Below are positions 50,597 through 63,005 of a stretch of 64,000 nt of DNA, piece by piece (position 1 is the stretch's first letter; each line of letters begins with the position of its first letter). The stretch covers positions 8,122,001 through 8,186,000 of the forward strand of contig CP075493.1 of NCBI GenBank assembly GCA_021613535.1, given 5' to 3'. Position numbers and translations under genes: made by a program. This DNA comes from Adineta vaga (taxonomy: Eukaryota > Animalia > Rotifera). A model generated the notes under the pieces. It saw only the letters and a list, made by a program, of their open reading frames with translations. It was not told the origin of the DNA and searched no databases.

Positions 50597-53500
50597 TTAT
50601 CTGAGAACATCGGAAATAAATGGAAATTTTCTTGAGTTCAAAGGCGCATTTGTTGATGTCTCATCTGCATCTGTTGTTGTTGAATAATCACCAAAAACAA
50701 AGCGAAAACTAAAGATATAAAAGAAAAACGAAACAAATTCACAACAAATCAAATATTGAACATAAATAAGCATAACATAATCAGACGAAATAAATTAAAT
50801 AGAAAAATATTTATACAAAAATTGGAAATAATTTTTCATCTTATTTTTTATTGAGTTGAGGGTGGCGAGAGTATGGGAAGAATTGATCGAGATGTTTTTC
50901 GATTATTATTAAAAAAACCATCGATAGAGAATCGTTTTGATAATGAACCATTTGATTGAACTGATGGTGACGAGAAGATCGAAGAAGATCGACTAATTGT
51001 TGTTGTCGGTGTCGATGATTGTATGGGAGTATTTTGTCCAGATATTGGAGATGATTTGTTAGATGGAAAAATTGCACGAAGACTGGAAACAAACAAAACA
51101 ATACAAAACAACATTGAAAATTAGACAAAAAGCAATTGTTAGTAAAATAGAACGTATGTTTTTAATCTCTCACACGTCACCTATCGGTTCTTTTATTAAC
51201 AGAGAATAATCTGTAATAGCACAGCATGCATATTCACTGAGAATCATAATCAACAAGCGCATCATATGCACTCAATTCATGCAAGATGAGAAGAAAAAAA
51301 TTAATCAACATATTTATATGTGGAGAAAATTGTTGCTTGCAAGCATGCCAAAAGCTTACCAAAAACATAGAATTGTAAAGCAAGCAATAGTAGGGAAAAG
51401 TAGACAAATTTTCATACTGAAAGTAAATGGAATATAAAGAAAAAAAAGAGGGACATGTTACGTAAGCAATGGGTTAGACGATGACTATTCGAAACAACAA
51501 GAAAACATTAAACTTACAACTGACGAATTTTTGATTCATCTTGTTTTTGTTCATATAGCTTTTCTTCGGGTTCTAATGGAATAGGACCTTCGACAGCGCC
51601 ATTATTATCATCATCATTGTCTTCACTAGAAAAAAATGAGCGAAGCAAATAAATAGTGATATGAATAGAGATTGAATGTTCTTCATACTGATCTTTAAAC
51701 AATCGTAATTCTTCTTCAACTTCCATTAATTTCGTCTTTAAATCATTTCGTTCCCATAATACTTGACGTAATTCTTGTAAAGAAAATCGTGGTTGATTCG
51801 CTTCATAGGTTGAAAAATCACTTATGGGATTCTATCAAATAGAAAACGCAAAATTTTCTTTTAAATGAATGTTTACTTTACTTACTGTTGGTGAAACTGG
51901 AGTAGTCAAGTCATCTGTTACACGATCTTTCATATGCGTAATGAAATTTTCTTTTTCTTTTAATTGAACTTCTAAATCAAATTTTTCCACCATTAATCGT
52001 TGACTTTGACTAGCAGAAAATGTATTCTTTTGCCGTAATGTACAATTTAATTTACAAACACGTTCAAGTTGACCTTGAATCTACAAAGATACGCGCACAG
52101 AAAATCAGAACTTCGATCATCGCAAGACCAGAGGCGTTTTTAGAATACTTATGTACTTCAGAAATCTCTTACTAGCATTGTCTATTTACTCAACATTATG
52201 CGAATCAATAGAACGTACTTATCGACAATCAAAGATGATGCTTTCGAATACACTCGAAAAGAACTTTTTAACAAAACGAATAATATTCATGGATTTCTTT
52301 TCTTTGAAAAACTTCATTATTCTACTGATACTAAACAATTTATTCCATGAATATCTCAAAAATGGATGTACATTTGTTGTTCTAATTAAGTTATGATAAC
52401 TTACAGCTTCTACATCAAGTGTTTTTTGTGTTAAATCTTTCTCTTTTATTTTTAACATTTTCTTTAATTTCATATTTTCATCGGTTAAATTTTTAATACA
52501 TTGAAGTTCTTCCCGTGTAAGGCCTATACAAAAAATAATCATTTCATTTTAGTTTAAGAAATCAAACTTTCATACTAATGGTTTCTTTTGTATTGGCTGA
52601 TTCGATTTTCTCATTTAAATCATTTTTATGTTGAAGTTCATCACGTAATCTTCGATTTTCATCTTCTAATTTCGACACAAGTGCCATCAAGTTATCTGCC
52701 TATTGTATAATAAAACAGAGAAATTAATTTAAGAAAAGATAAAACTGTATTTCATTGAACTTACCTCTTTTCGCCATTGTTCTTCAATAACTTCAAGTTC
52801 TTGATCAAATTTATCACGTAATTCACGTGTTTCACTCTTTTCAATTTCTAATCGTTCAATACGTGTTTTCATTTCCATTAATTCATCACTTTCTTTTTCA
52901 TTTTTTGCCGCTTGAAGTTCAAGTAATTCAAGTATACGTATAACTTTTGGCACAAGATCACGAATTGTTTCCGTTCCATAAGCTATATAATAATAAGCAT
53001 ACGTAGGAGAAAAACAACAACAAAGTAATTCTAACAGAAATTACCTTCGATAATACGTTCAAAATCTTTGCCAATTAAAGCCGCTTCATCATAAACATCA
53101 AGAACAGTTAAATTAGCATATTCTTGTCGTAACGGGGAAGAACACGTCATTTTTCGTATTACATCAATTGACGTACGGGAATCATGCTGTTGAGAAGTTG
53201 TTAATGATAGTGGCGAAGTGTCAGAATTGAGATTTGTTTGTGAAACAATATCAGGTAAATGTTCAAATGAAGATGGTGAAGGCAGATCTAATTAATAGGA
53301 AAGAAAGGAAAATGAAATGAGTATCATCGAATAAATATTGAAGATAAATCAAGATTTATCTTAAGTGGCTTCTTTGAAATTACAAGTTTCATTATTGATC
53401 GTTTTATGACTTTCTTTGATCGTTTCTTGTTCAATGATCAAATCGACTGATAAGCGACATCCTAAACCTTTACTAATATTGACATACAAATTACTACATA

Positions 53501-53930
53501 ACTCAAACGACCGAGAAGGTGAATCAAATATATACATATATATATATATACACAATAGGGACGTGATACTCGTATTTTTTTTATCAATGTTAACCTACAA
53601 GCTAACGACTAATTCAATATTGCTACTCAATCATAAAACATTAGTGAACAACGCACTGATAGTGCAAGAGAAAGAGAGAGAAAAAAAACGAAGGACAAAT
53701 TTCCATTGTAGAATAGGCATACAGTTTACAGAGCCTGATATAATATTGTGTAAAGTGGTAACAGTATTTCATTCTTCAGTAAAAAAAACCTAGTCGAAAT
53801 GAAAGAACGAAAAAGAAAAATATATGGAAATGAATCATACGATTCTAACAAAGAAAATAAAATTTTTCGTTCGTTCTGTTTGACATAAAACTTGATTTGT
53901 ATTCTTACCATTCTTGGATTTTGTTGTCAT
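50597..53930 (-). CDS. RILPL: RILP-like protein (RH1 + coiled coil + RH2) with alternative 3' exons
   Basis: RH1: LTVLDVYDEAALIGKDFERIIEAYG...LVPKVIRILELLE. RH2: QPRFSLQELRQVIMERNDLKTKL. Also VEGPIPLEPEEKLY...SKIRQ. First exon 53930-53909; terminal exons end at 50848 or 50597. Confidence 0.88.
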
Positions 53931-54267
53931 TGTTCTTGACTAATAAACAAACAATGTTCGAACAAAGGAAAGATAATGAAACTCAACCATGAGTTAACTT
54001 GCTGATGATTCATTGTTTTATTAGACATCTATTGACATCTATTTGAATTGATATTAAGTTACTTTAAATTAAAACTAAATCCGAATTAGAAGACAAGTTT
54101 TTTCTTCTTAATTCGATTGTTTCATAGTTAATACAGTGACATCTTTTGAACTGTCAGTTGCTGCTTCATCATTCGACTTTCATATCGTCTTTTCTCATTC
54201 AATACAAAAGGAGAAAAGGTAACCAGCAAAATCTTGCGACATAACTTTTCATTTCCTTTAATTTCGT
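53931..54267. promoter_or_regulatory. Likely bidirectional promoter between RILPL and FAF2
   Basis: The two start codons are head-to-head with only 337 bp between them. Confidence 0.55.
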
Positions 54268-56121
54268 ATGGACAGTGACAATCTTACAGAAGAACAGAGC
54301 AATGCTCTAGTTCGTTTTCAGGTTTAATGAACGAATTGCATCATATTGAATTATATAATCATTTCTTTTGTAGGAATTTACACGAATTGATTCATATGAG
54401 ACCAGTCGTCAATATCTTTCTATGCATGATTGGGATGTTGAACGTGCTGTTAATACTGTTTTAATGTTAAATACAGATCTTCCTACAAACAATACTCCAC
54501 CGGTGACAACTGAACAGCCAATACCACCTGTTAGATCAGTTGCAGTTCGGTATATGCCAAACTATGTATTGTATGTTAAAATGAAGAAAAATCAATTCGA
54601 AATTGTGTTCATCTAATTTTAGACGATTATTTCGTGCACCGTTATCATTTTTATACACTTTTTATTTAAAACTTCAACCATTTTTACCTTGGAGATTTGT
54701 TCGTGATGCTTTCTCATTTAGTAATTTAAAAAAAAATGACTGTACTTTTCAAATATGATTTTCTTTTGTTCTAGTTCGCTCGTTATTCTGGATTCAACCA
54801 CAACGAGATTCACTTGCTGAAATCCAAGATTATTGTACGTATTTCAATACCAAATTCGGTACAAATCATCCAACATTTTATCAAGGAAAATTATCTCAAG
54901 TAAACGATGAATTTTGTCTTACTCTGAAGTTTTTTCAAATGCAATTTTAGGCACTTCGAGATGCACAACGTGAAGTTCGTCTATTATTCATCTATATATA
55001 TGATAAAAATTCAGTATTATGCGATCGATTTTCTCAGTAAGCTCTACTGATTAGTATTCTTCGAATATATTTCTGTTCTTTTTTCTTTCAAGTGAAATTA
55101 TATGTGGAGAAGCTTTTCGATCGATATTACATAATAATCTCTTTTGGAGTACCAGTCGAGATACCCAAGAAGGAATTGCTGGTGAGTTTTTATTCTCTCG
55201 AGACGTTTCTTCATACGTTTGTCTTAACAAAATCATCATTTAGCTAGTCGTTTACTAATGGCAAATGTCTTTCCCTGTTTTTGTATTATTGCACATCATG
55301 GTTCACAACAAACAGTTCAATTCAAGCTAGGTCAATATGCAGGTAAATGAATTGTATATGTATGAAGTAATTCGGCATTGTTTTTCTTTCTATTCTATCA
55401 TGAAGATTCCAACCAATGTTTAGCAGAAATTTTCGGTGCTGTTGAAAATGCTCATCAAACCCTTGAACATATTCGGTAAATGATCATGTAATAGAAATGT
55501 ATTCATTATTAAACGTTATTTTAAATAGACAACGAAGAACGGAAAGTATCTCTAGAGATCGACTTCTAGAAGAACAAAATGCAGCGTATTTAGATTCCGT
55601 TCGAATTGATAAAGAAAAAGTTCGTAAAAAACATTTCTCTTTTTATTTCGTTATTTAATCTCTCCTAATTAATCAAGGCTGAACAACGTGAACGAGAAGA
55701 AAGTGAACGACAAAGATTGGAAGAAGAAGAACAAAGAAAACTTCAAGTAATCTATTCATACTCAGAGCAAAAAAACCTATCAAACTCTTCTTTTGTTTTT
55801 AAGAAATTCGCTGACTTTCGTGATCAATTAAAGCAAACACTTTCTCCAGAACCATCATCAACAGAAAATGATACTATTCAAGTATCAATACGTTTACCAA
55901 CCGGTGAATCTATTCGTCGTCGTTTTCGTCGAAATGAATCGGCCAAAAGCTTATTTGAATTTGCATGGACAAATTCCAACGTACCCAATCAATTTGAACT
56001 ACTATGGGGTTATCCTCGTAAACGCTATCAGTACGAACAGATCAGTAATGAAACTATAGGTGATCTCATGGAGAGAAATACTGAAACCTGTTTTCTCGAA
56101 CAGATTGATGAAGATAAATAA
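54268..56121 (+). CDS. FAF2: FAF2/UBXD8-like p97 adaptor (UBA-like, hydrophobic hairpin, UAS, coiled coil, UBX)
   Basis: NLTEEQSNALVRFQEFTRID...HDWDVERAV; KFGTNHPTFYQGKLSQALRDAQREVRLLFIY; LLEEQNAAYLDS; UBX PEPS...IQVSIRLPTGESIRRRF...GYPRK. Confidence 0.9.
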
Positions 56122-57866
56122 TTTGTTTTTGTTTTTTTTTAAATATAAAAAGAAAAAAAGTATCAATTAATTCAGATATGAAACAAAAATTTTGAATAAA
56201 ACGTTCACGAAACTCATCAGTATAGTATAAAAATCTACAGCACCATGTCAGATCAATCAAGAATAACATACTGTATTCTAGGTAAGCTCAACGACTAGTA
56301 GACAAGACTTAGAGAAAAAAAAATTCCAGCTTCTAGTGTCATCTGTGATTTAGGATAAACCAACCAATTCGGAAAACAGCTGTAGTGATTTGTTTATTAT
56401 TATGGGAAACAGAATGAATGCGAGCGAGGAAAAAGAAAAGAAAACAATATAGAATAGAACATCTCGTTCTCGTAATATGTTTAGTGTATCTTTTTTGATT
56501 ATCTCAGATACTTCTTAAAAAGATAAATACGAATGAAAATCTTTCTGATTGATTCTGTTGACAATCTCTTATCTCTCCTCTATATATGTATATATAAATA
56601 TTAACTGCATCCGTTTTTTTTTCAAGTTTGTTTATTTAGATTTGTAGTTCTTTTTCATGTAAACATTCGCATCGACACTTCGCTTACTGATGTGCAATCA
56701 TTCTATGTCTGTCTAGTCTAATGGATTGCGTGTACAGAAGCCTTTCTTTCTTCTATCTCATCGGTGAATTGCTTGGTAGATTAGTTAGTACCATTTCCTT
56801 TTCTCTTACGAACAACATGATTTTAGTTTTGTTTATTTCTTTTTGATTAATTTTTCATAAAAAGAAAACTTCAGTTATATTTCCTTGATAATTAATCATG
56901 TTGCCCTTTTTTTCTCTCATACTGATACATACGTATCTATCTGACACAATATCTTCTGATAATCGATACTTTTCTGTCGAAAAGAGTAACTGATGATATA
57001 ACTGTCTTTGCTTGTTATCTAGATCATCAGTATTTTTCTTGTAGATCTTTTTTTGCTCTCTTAGTAATTGTTATTTGATCTAAGTTTTTTTCTTCTCTTG
57101 CCTTGAAATAATAAAGAAAAAGAAGACATGGATGTCAAGTGGCAGTCATTCAAATAGATCGGATAGATTTGAATGAATCGATATTTAATCGATCCTCCTC
57201 CCATTGTGTATGTACAAAGTTCATTTGTAAAAATAAACATAGAATACAACATTTTCAAGCGTAGACTAGAAGAAGAAAAAAAAGAAGAGACTACTTGTCA
57301 TCGTGAAGAACAATTAAATAGGAGAAGACTAATCACTTGAGTACACACATTTGTACTATTCTCTGTCTTATTATTCTATTTCTATGTGGGCACGAGTATT
57401 TCTTTCCGTTGAACACGTCGTCAATGTCGGATCGGATGAAAGAAGAAGAAAGATAAGTATAAACTATTAGAGAAAAGACACACATATATATACATCGTGT
57501 TTCTTTCTTCTTCGTTTTCTTAGTTGGTTGTCGATGAAAAAAAATTTAATTATTTATTTCCTAACGACACTAATCTCTTTTCCGTTATCTTACACCGTGA
57601 AATCTGATCTTTCTACACCGAAAAAATCGATTTAATCGTGACATTTCTTTTTCTCATTATTATATCTATTTTCAACGTTCAAACGAGAGTAATCGATAAA
57701 CTTATTACGTCTATCGGTCAATGTTTGCACAATTGTCGATGAACCTTGTAATGAACAGAAGTGTCATTTCTCTCCGCCTATGCCTCTTCTATATCCATTC
57801 TTGTTTCATTAATTAATAAAGCACTGTCGTTCTATTTCAGATGCAAAATTTCTGAATGATCTAATC

Positions 57867-60612
57867 ATGGGAAATAATTCATCAATATCATCCAAAAAGA
57901 AATCATCTCGAAAGAAACCAAATTCTTTTTGTTGTCCATGTTTATTAACAAAATTTCCCTCCTCATCATCATCATTATCGAGTGATGAAAACTATTTTCC
58001 AACATTTGATCGTATAAAATCAAATGAAAAAACGTCGCATTCGCCTCCACTTCTTATTAATCCAATTCCATCAACTTCCATCAACACTCAAGATGAAATT
58101 GATAAAAATCTATCATCAACTAAAAATCGTCGGTCTGTCTCTTTACATAATGTTATTTCGACTTTACCAGACAATTTCAATGAAAATCAAGGAGACAAAC
58201 AACTACAATCAAGACCTCCATTACCTCCAGGAAAATCTCGAACTGTTTCAAAATTACCTTCAACAGGTCGTTCATTTCGTGGTACACTTGCTGAAACTAA
58301 ACGATCTTATTATTCTCAATCCATTGAACATGCTAAATTATCCATTGAAGATCTCGAAAAATCTCTTCATGGTGCATCAAGTATTGATCAATGGATCGAT
58401 TCTTTACGTATACTTGGTACACCATCATTAAATCGAAATAAAGCAACACGAACAGTAGTTTCAACAAATAATAATAAAAAAATCAAACGAAGTTTAACCA
58501 TAGGTGATGAATATGATGATGAAAATATCCTCAATGGTTCATATAGACAAGTAAATAAAATTTGTTTGTTTGGAAAAAGAAAACTTCTTTATCTTTATTT
58601 AGGAAAATGAAATATCTGTTAGAAAGGAACCGATGCCTTCCAAACCGGATTTTCCTCATGTTTTAACATTGAAAATTAATCGTGATTTTTTCAATCTAGC
58701 AAAATCGATTGAATTGAATATTTATCTCAGAGATTTTCTTATTCGAATTACAAATTCAAAAACCAAACAAACATTTAAAAATCATTTTTCGTTAGCAAAT
58801 ATTATCTATCCATTTGCTGGTGTTGATCAAACTTTAGCAGATGATCTTAATCTCTTTCTTATCACGCCATTCGAATCTATCTTACCTAATTTATCATCAA
58901 ATACACACAGTCTTTATAAAACTTGTGAACAAATTCGTTCCAAATGTTATTTTATTCCAATAACAGATTATAAAATTGAAATTGATGATGATGAATATCG
59001 AAAAAAACGTATTGAACTTGATCGAACACATGTTGTTATAACACTAGAAAATAAAACCAAAGAACAAGATGATTCGACAACAACAACATCATCATCATCG
59101 AAAAAAGCACCTATTGAACAAGATTCACCGTATATATTTACATCGAATAATTCATTTCAAACAGGATTTATACGTATTGAACGAGAGAAAATTCCTAAAC
59201 ATTTATTATCATTTATTTTTCATTCATCTGAAGATAATCTTTATTATTTATCATCAAATTTAATTCAACAATGGTTTAATACATTGATTTTAGTCAATCA
59301 AACATGTGCCATTTCAAAACGATTTCTAACTGGAGATGGAAGTCATATAACATGTTTAATTAAACAACAAATCAATCATAAGAAGTAAATATTTCATATT
59401 AAATTTTATATTTCTAACATTTTATTTTAGTTCATTAACTTCGGATAATAATTTTACATTTGCTGCATTACGTTTACCACCATGTCTATCATTAAGTGAT
59501 TCCTTACAGAGCAATCTTGAAGATGAAGATAAACCACATGTGATCGATGCATTTTCTTCGACATTTTTATCTGATAATAAGAAAACATCAGCTGATACAA
59601 TTCATATCGATTATGAACAATATTCATTTGCCTTTTTTCTTCAACGTTGGCCAAAATCTTTACTCGAAAATTACTATACTCAAACGAAACGTAATTCTCA
59701 ACGTAAATGGCCATCAAAATATCATCTGAATATAATTATTAAAAAACCACTTCTATTGATACCAAATGAAAGTCCTCATCAATGGGAAATAAATTTTGAT
59801 CCAATCGAACAAAGTCTATTCGAATTAATGAATGAATCAACCATCTGTTTTTATGCTTTATGTCAACAATTACTTTGTCAAACAATTGAACAGCGTACAT
59901 GTATAAAACATTGCTTTTTAAATTATTGTGAAAAATATGGTTTACCTTTTTCGACGTAAGTTATATAGAGATTCTTTTCTGTGATCACAAAAGCCATTTT
60001 GCTCTTTCTAGTAATCGTGAACATACAACTGATAATATATATGAACTGATGTTACACTTTTCAAAAGATATTCATTCACAATTAACAAGTCAATATATTC
60101 CAAATTATTTTAATCATGAAATCAATCTCTATGAAAGTAGTGAAGAATACAATCAATGGTTTGATTATATCAATAGATGTATAAATGATCGTATATATAT
60201 ACCATCTTCTTCGTCCTCAATAACCACTATATCAAATCGTTCAGTTATTGTCGAATTTTTATTTCATTTTATTGATCAACTTTATCAAACATTTCATATA
60301 AAACGATCACAATTTCATTTAAATGAAAATGTTCTTTTGGATTTACATAAACAATTATGTGAAAAACTTTCGAATGATACCAATAATAATAGTACATCAT
60401 TGCAAAAATTTATCAATCATTTGCTAAATAATCAAACATTACTCGAACAAATTCAAATGAATTTAACATATGATTTTGAAACGAATGCCGAATTAGTACA
60501 TACATGTTTAAATCAAGTACGAAAAGCAGATTCATCATTGATATTTCATTATACATGGACTATTTATATACAATATTTACATACCTATTACAATGTTCTA
60601 TGGAATATTTAA
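57867..60612 (+). CDS. Mab-21/cGAS-like (nucleotidyltransferase-fold) protein, degenerate, with N-terminal lipidation signals (4 exons, about 863 aa)
   Basis: Exons 57867-58550, 58603-59384, 59431-59955 and 60012-60612 join in frame. Ordered Mab-21 motifs: GFIRI, YLSS...WF, AF..QRWP...R..RKWP...LLLIP, WEINF..IEQ.L, IKHCFLNYCE, IPNYF.HEINL. N-terminus MGNNSS + KKK + FCCPC. Confidence 0.7.
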
Positions 60613-60835
60613 ACATAGAGAAACGAAGAACATGATCTTGTCAGATAGCAGTCTTTTTTTTATACGATTCTCCCCCGGTGATCATTGAAATCTCTGCCTT
60701 TTTTTGTTTGTGTCTATGCTTTATCACGTCTGTCTATTTACTCGTGTTTTTTGTGTTTTATTTTATTCGCGTGTAAATTCAAGAAAACGCATGAGAATGT
60801 CGAACTGGCTCTATGAATAGATAGATTTCTTTCTT

Positions 60836-60864
60836 TTCTTCTTCTTCTTCTTCTTCTTCTTCTT
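60836..60864 (+). repeat. (TTC)n microsatellite
   Basis: About 9 units downstream of the Mab-21-like gene. Confidence 0.9.
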
Positions 60865-61373
60865 GTTTTTCGTTGTTTCTTGATCTTACATACTTATCTG
60901 TTCAACTTTGAACAATGATAAATAAATAAGAAGGATTTGAATTTTATTTGTAGACATTTTGAAAAAAGTTGTGTAAGAGTCAACAATATGATCTTTTCGA
61001 TCAGATGAATAATGACAATATAATGTTTAGGAAATCTTTCGAATCCACTAGACAAGAATTTATTATTGGAATTGATCTACGATGATGTATAAACAAATTG
61101 TATATCACGAAATGCTTTGCATTGTGGGAACAAATAGATAGGCCATCGTTTTTCGATCGCAATAATAGGAAAAAAACGAAATGAAACACAGTAGGAAAAC
61201 GAAATAGAAAAAAAAAACGAAAATGATTTTAAAAAAAAACGAAAAGAGTTTGAAAAATGAAAGAAAGACATTGGAGTGAGATGAAATAATTAAATAGAAA
61301 AAAAAGCAAACAATTCGTTTTTGATCATTTTTTAAATGATACGTGTTCAATTTCTTGCTTTTCTTTACTCCAA

Positions 61374-63005
61374 TTAACCATTAACACCATACTGAGGCAT
61401 TTGTTGATATTGTACATTTTGTACGAAACCATTACCTTGTTGTCCTTGTTGTTCAAAACCTTGTTGTTGGTCTACAAAAACAAAATATAAAAGAAAGATT
61501 GAGACAACGATTCAATCGAATGTTTTAAATAACATACCAGCATATTGTTGTCCTTCAACAGTGCTACCATTCGAATATGCACTTTGTTGATAAATATATC
61601 CACCTTGATCACCAGCAACTTGACCAGCACCATTTCCAGGTCCACCATATGTTGCATATTGAACATTTTCTTGAAGAAAACTAGCTTGATTAGCACCCGA
61701 TAATGAACCGTTTGATGCACTAGAAAGAAGACCTGGTTCACCAACATTTTCAAAGCCACCGATTGGACCAGCAGCACCAGCTAACAAGGCTGGATCAATT
61801 TGATCAGGATTAGCACCAGCTGTCTAAAAACAATTAAAGGAAAAAGTTTTTTAGTTTTATTATCATTGAAATCAATTGAAATTCTTCTTCATACATATTC
61901 AGGACCAAGATTAGGTGTTGGTAAACCTTTAACAAAATCTGGTAAACCTTGTGTAGTTCGTAATTGTGGTCCATATTGTTGTACATAAGTATTTGGATCA
62001 GCTTTGATAATACCCAAATTACGAAATTCCTTGACGACACGAGCTTGTGTACCTTCCCATTGAATAATAAGATTTTTTTGAGGTGCTGGTGGTTGAACAG
62101 GTGGTGCTTTTTGATAGATGACACGTCGTTTTTGTTGTTTGTAAGGAAGCCAACGTTCAACAATAATACTGAACAGAAAGAAAGAAAAGAAAGTAAAATA
62201 TAATATAGAAAGAAAATAACATTAATAACAAACCTTTGAGGTTTAGGTGGTAATGGTGGCATACGTTCAATGATGACACGTCGTGGGGGTGGTGGGGGTG
62301 GTGGTAATGGCTTGGTAATTAATTTAGGTGCAAGTTGAGCTGGTGGTTGAGGTGGTCGTTCTCGAATAATGAGTGGAGGTGGTGTAGCTGGTCGAGGTGG
62401 TCGTTGACGAATGACAATAGGTGGAGCTGGTGGTAATGCAGGATTACGAACCTTAAAAGAAAAGATAGAGAAAATTTTTATTTCTCAAAATTTTACTAGA
62501 ATCAAACCTCTTTGATAATCAAAGGACCAGGTGGTGGTGGTGTTGGCGGACGTAGATATCGTACGGCAACTTCTTGTTTATAGGTAACAGCATCATTCGC
62601 ATGTTTACGAATAATTTGTGGATTAGGATCAAAATTGATTTTATAACCATTTTGACCTTGTTGTTGAGCAAGTTGACCAGCAGCACCGGCATATTGTTGA
62701 ACAATACCAGCATTACTTTGTTCAGCAAAACTACCACTACTGACTTGTTGTTCATTAGCAAGTTCAGCTCCACTACGTGTATATTGTGCATAGTTTACTT
62801 CTTGACCCTGATGAATAGCTCCTTGTTGATCACCATTTTCTTGAACTACTTGTTGTTGTTCAACACCATTTGCTGAACTATAATACTGATGTCCACCTGG
62901 ACTTGGTGCTTGTGTTTGATAAGCATATTGATGTTGAACATATTGTTGATCTGGATTTCCAGGTGATGTCGATTGTGGATAGGATGCAGTCACACTATCA
63001 GCCAT
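61374..63005 (-). CDS. Gln/Gly/Pro-rich rotifer-type protein with DPNPQIIRK / VRYLRPPTPPPPGPLIIKE module (5 exons)
   Basis: ORF 62502-63005 plus downstream exons: PPAPPIVIRQRPPRPATPPPLIIRERPP..., IERWLPYKQQKRRVIYQKA, KNLIIQWE...VVKEFRNLGIIKADPNTYVQQYG. Stop TAA at 61376-61374. Confidence 0.75.

Noticed and set aside
52219-52404. Read-through ORF into a RILPL intron
   Set aside because: Canonical donor at 52404 and acceptor at 52081 explain the region, and no clean cassette exon was found.
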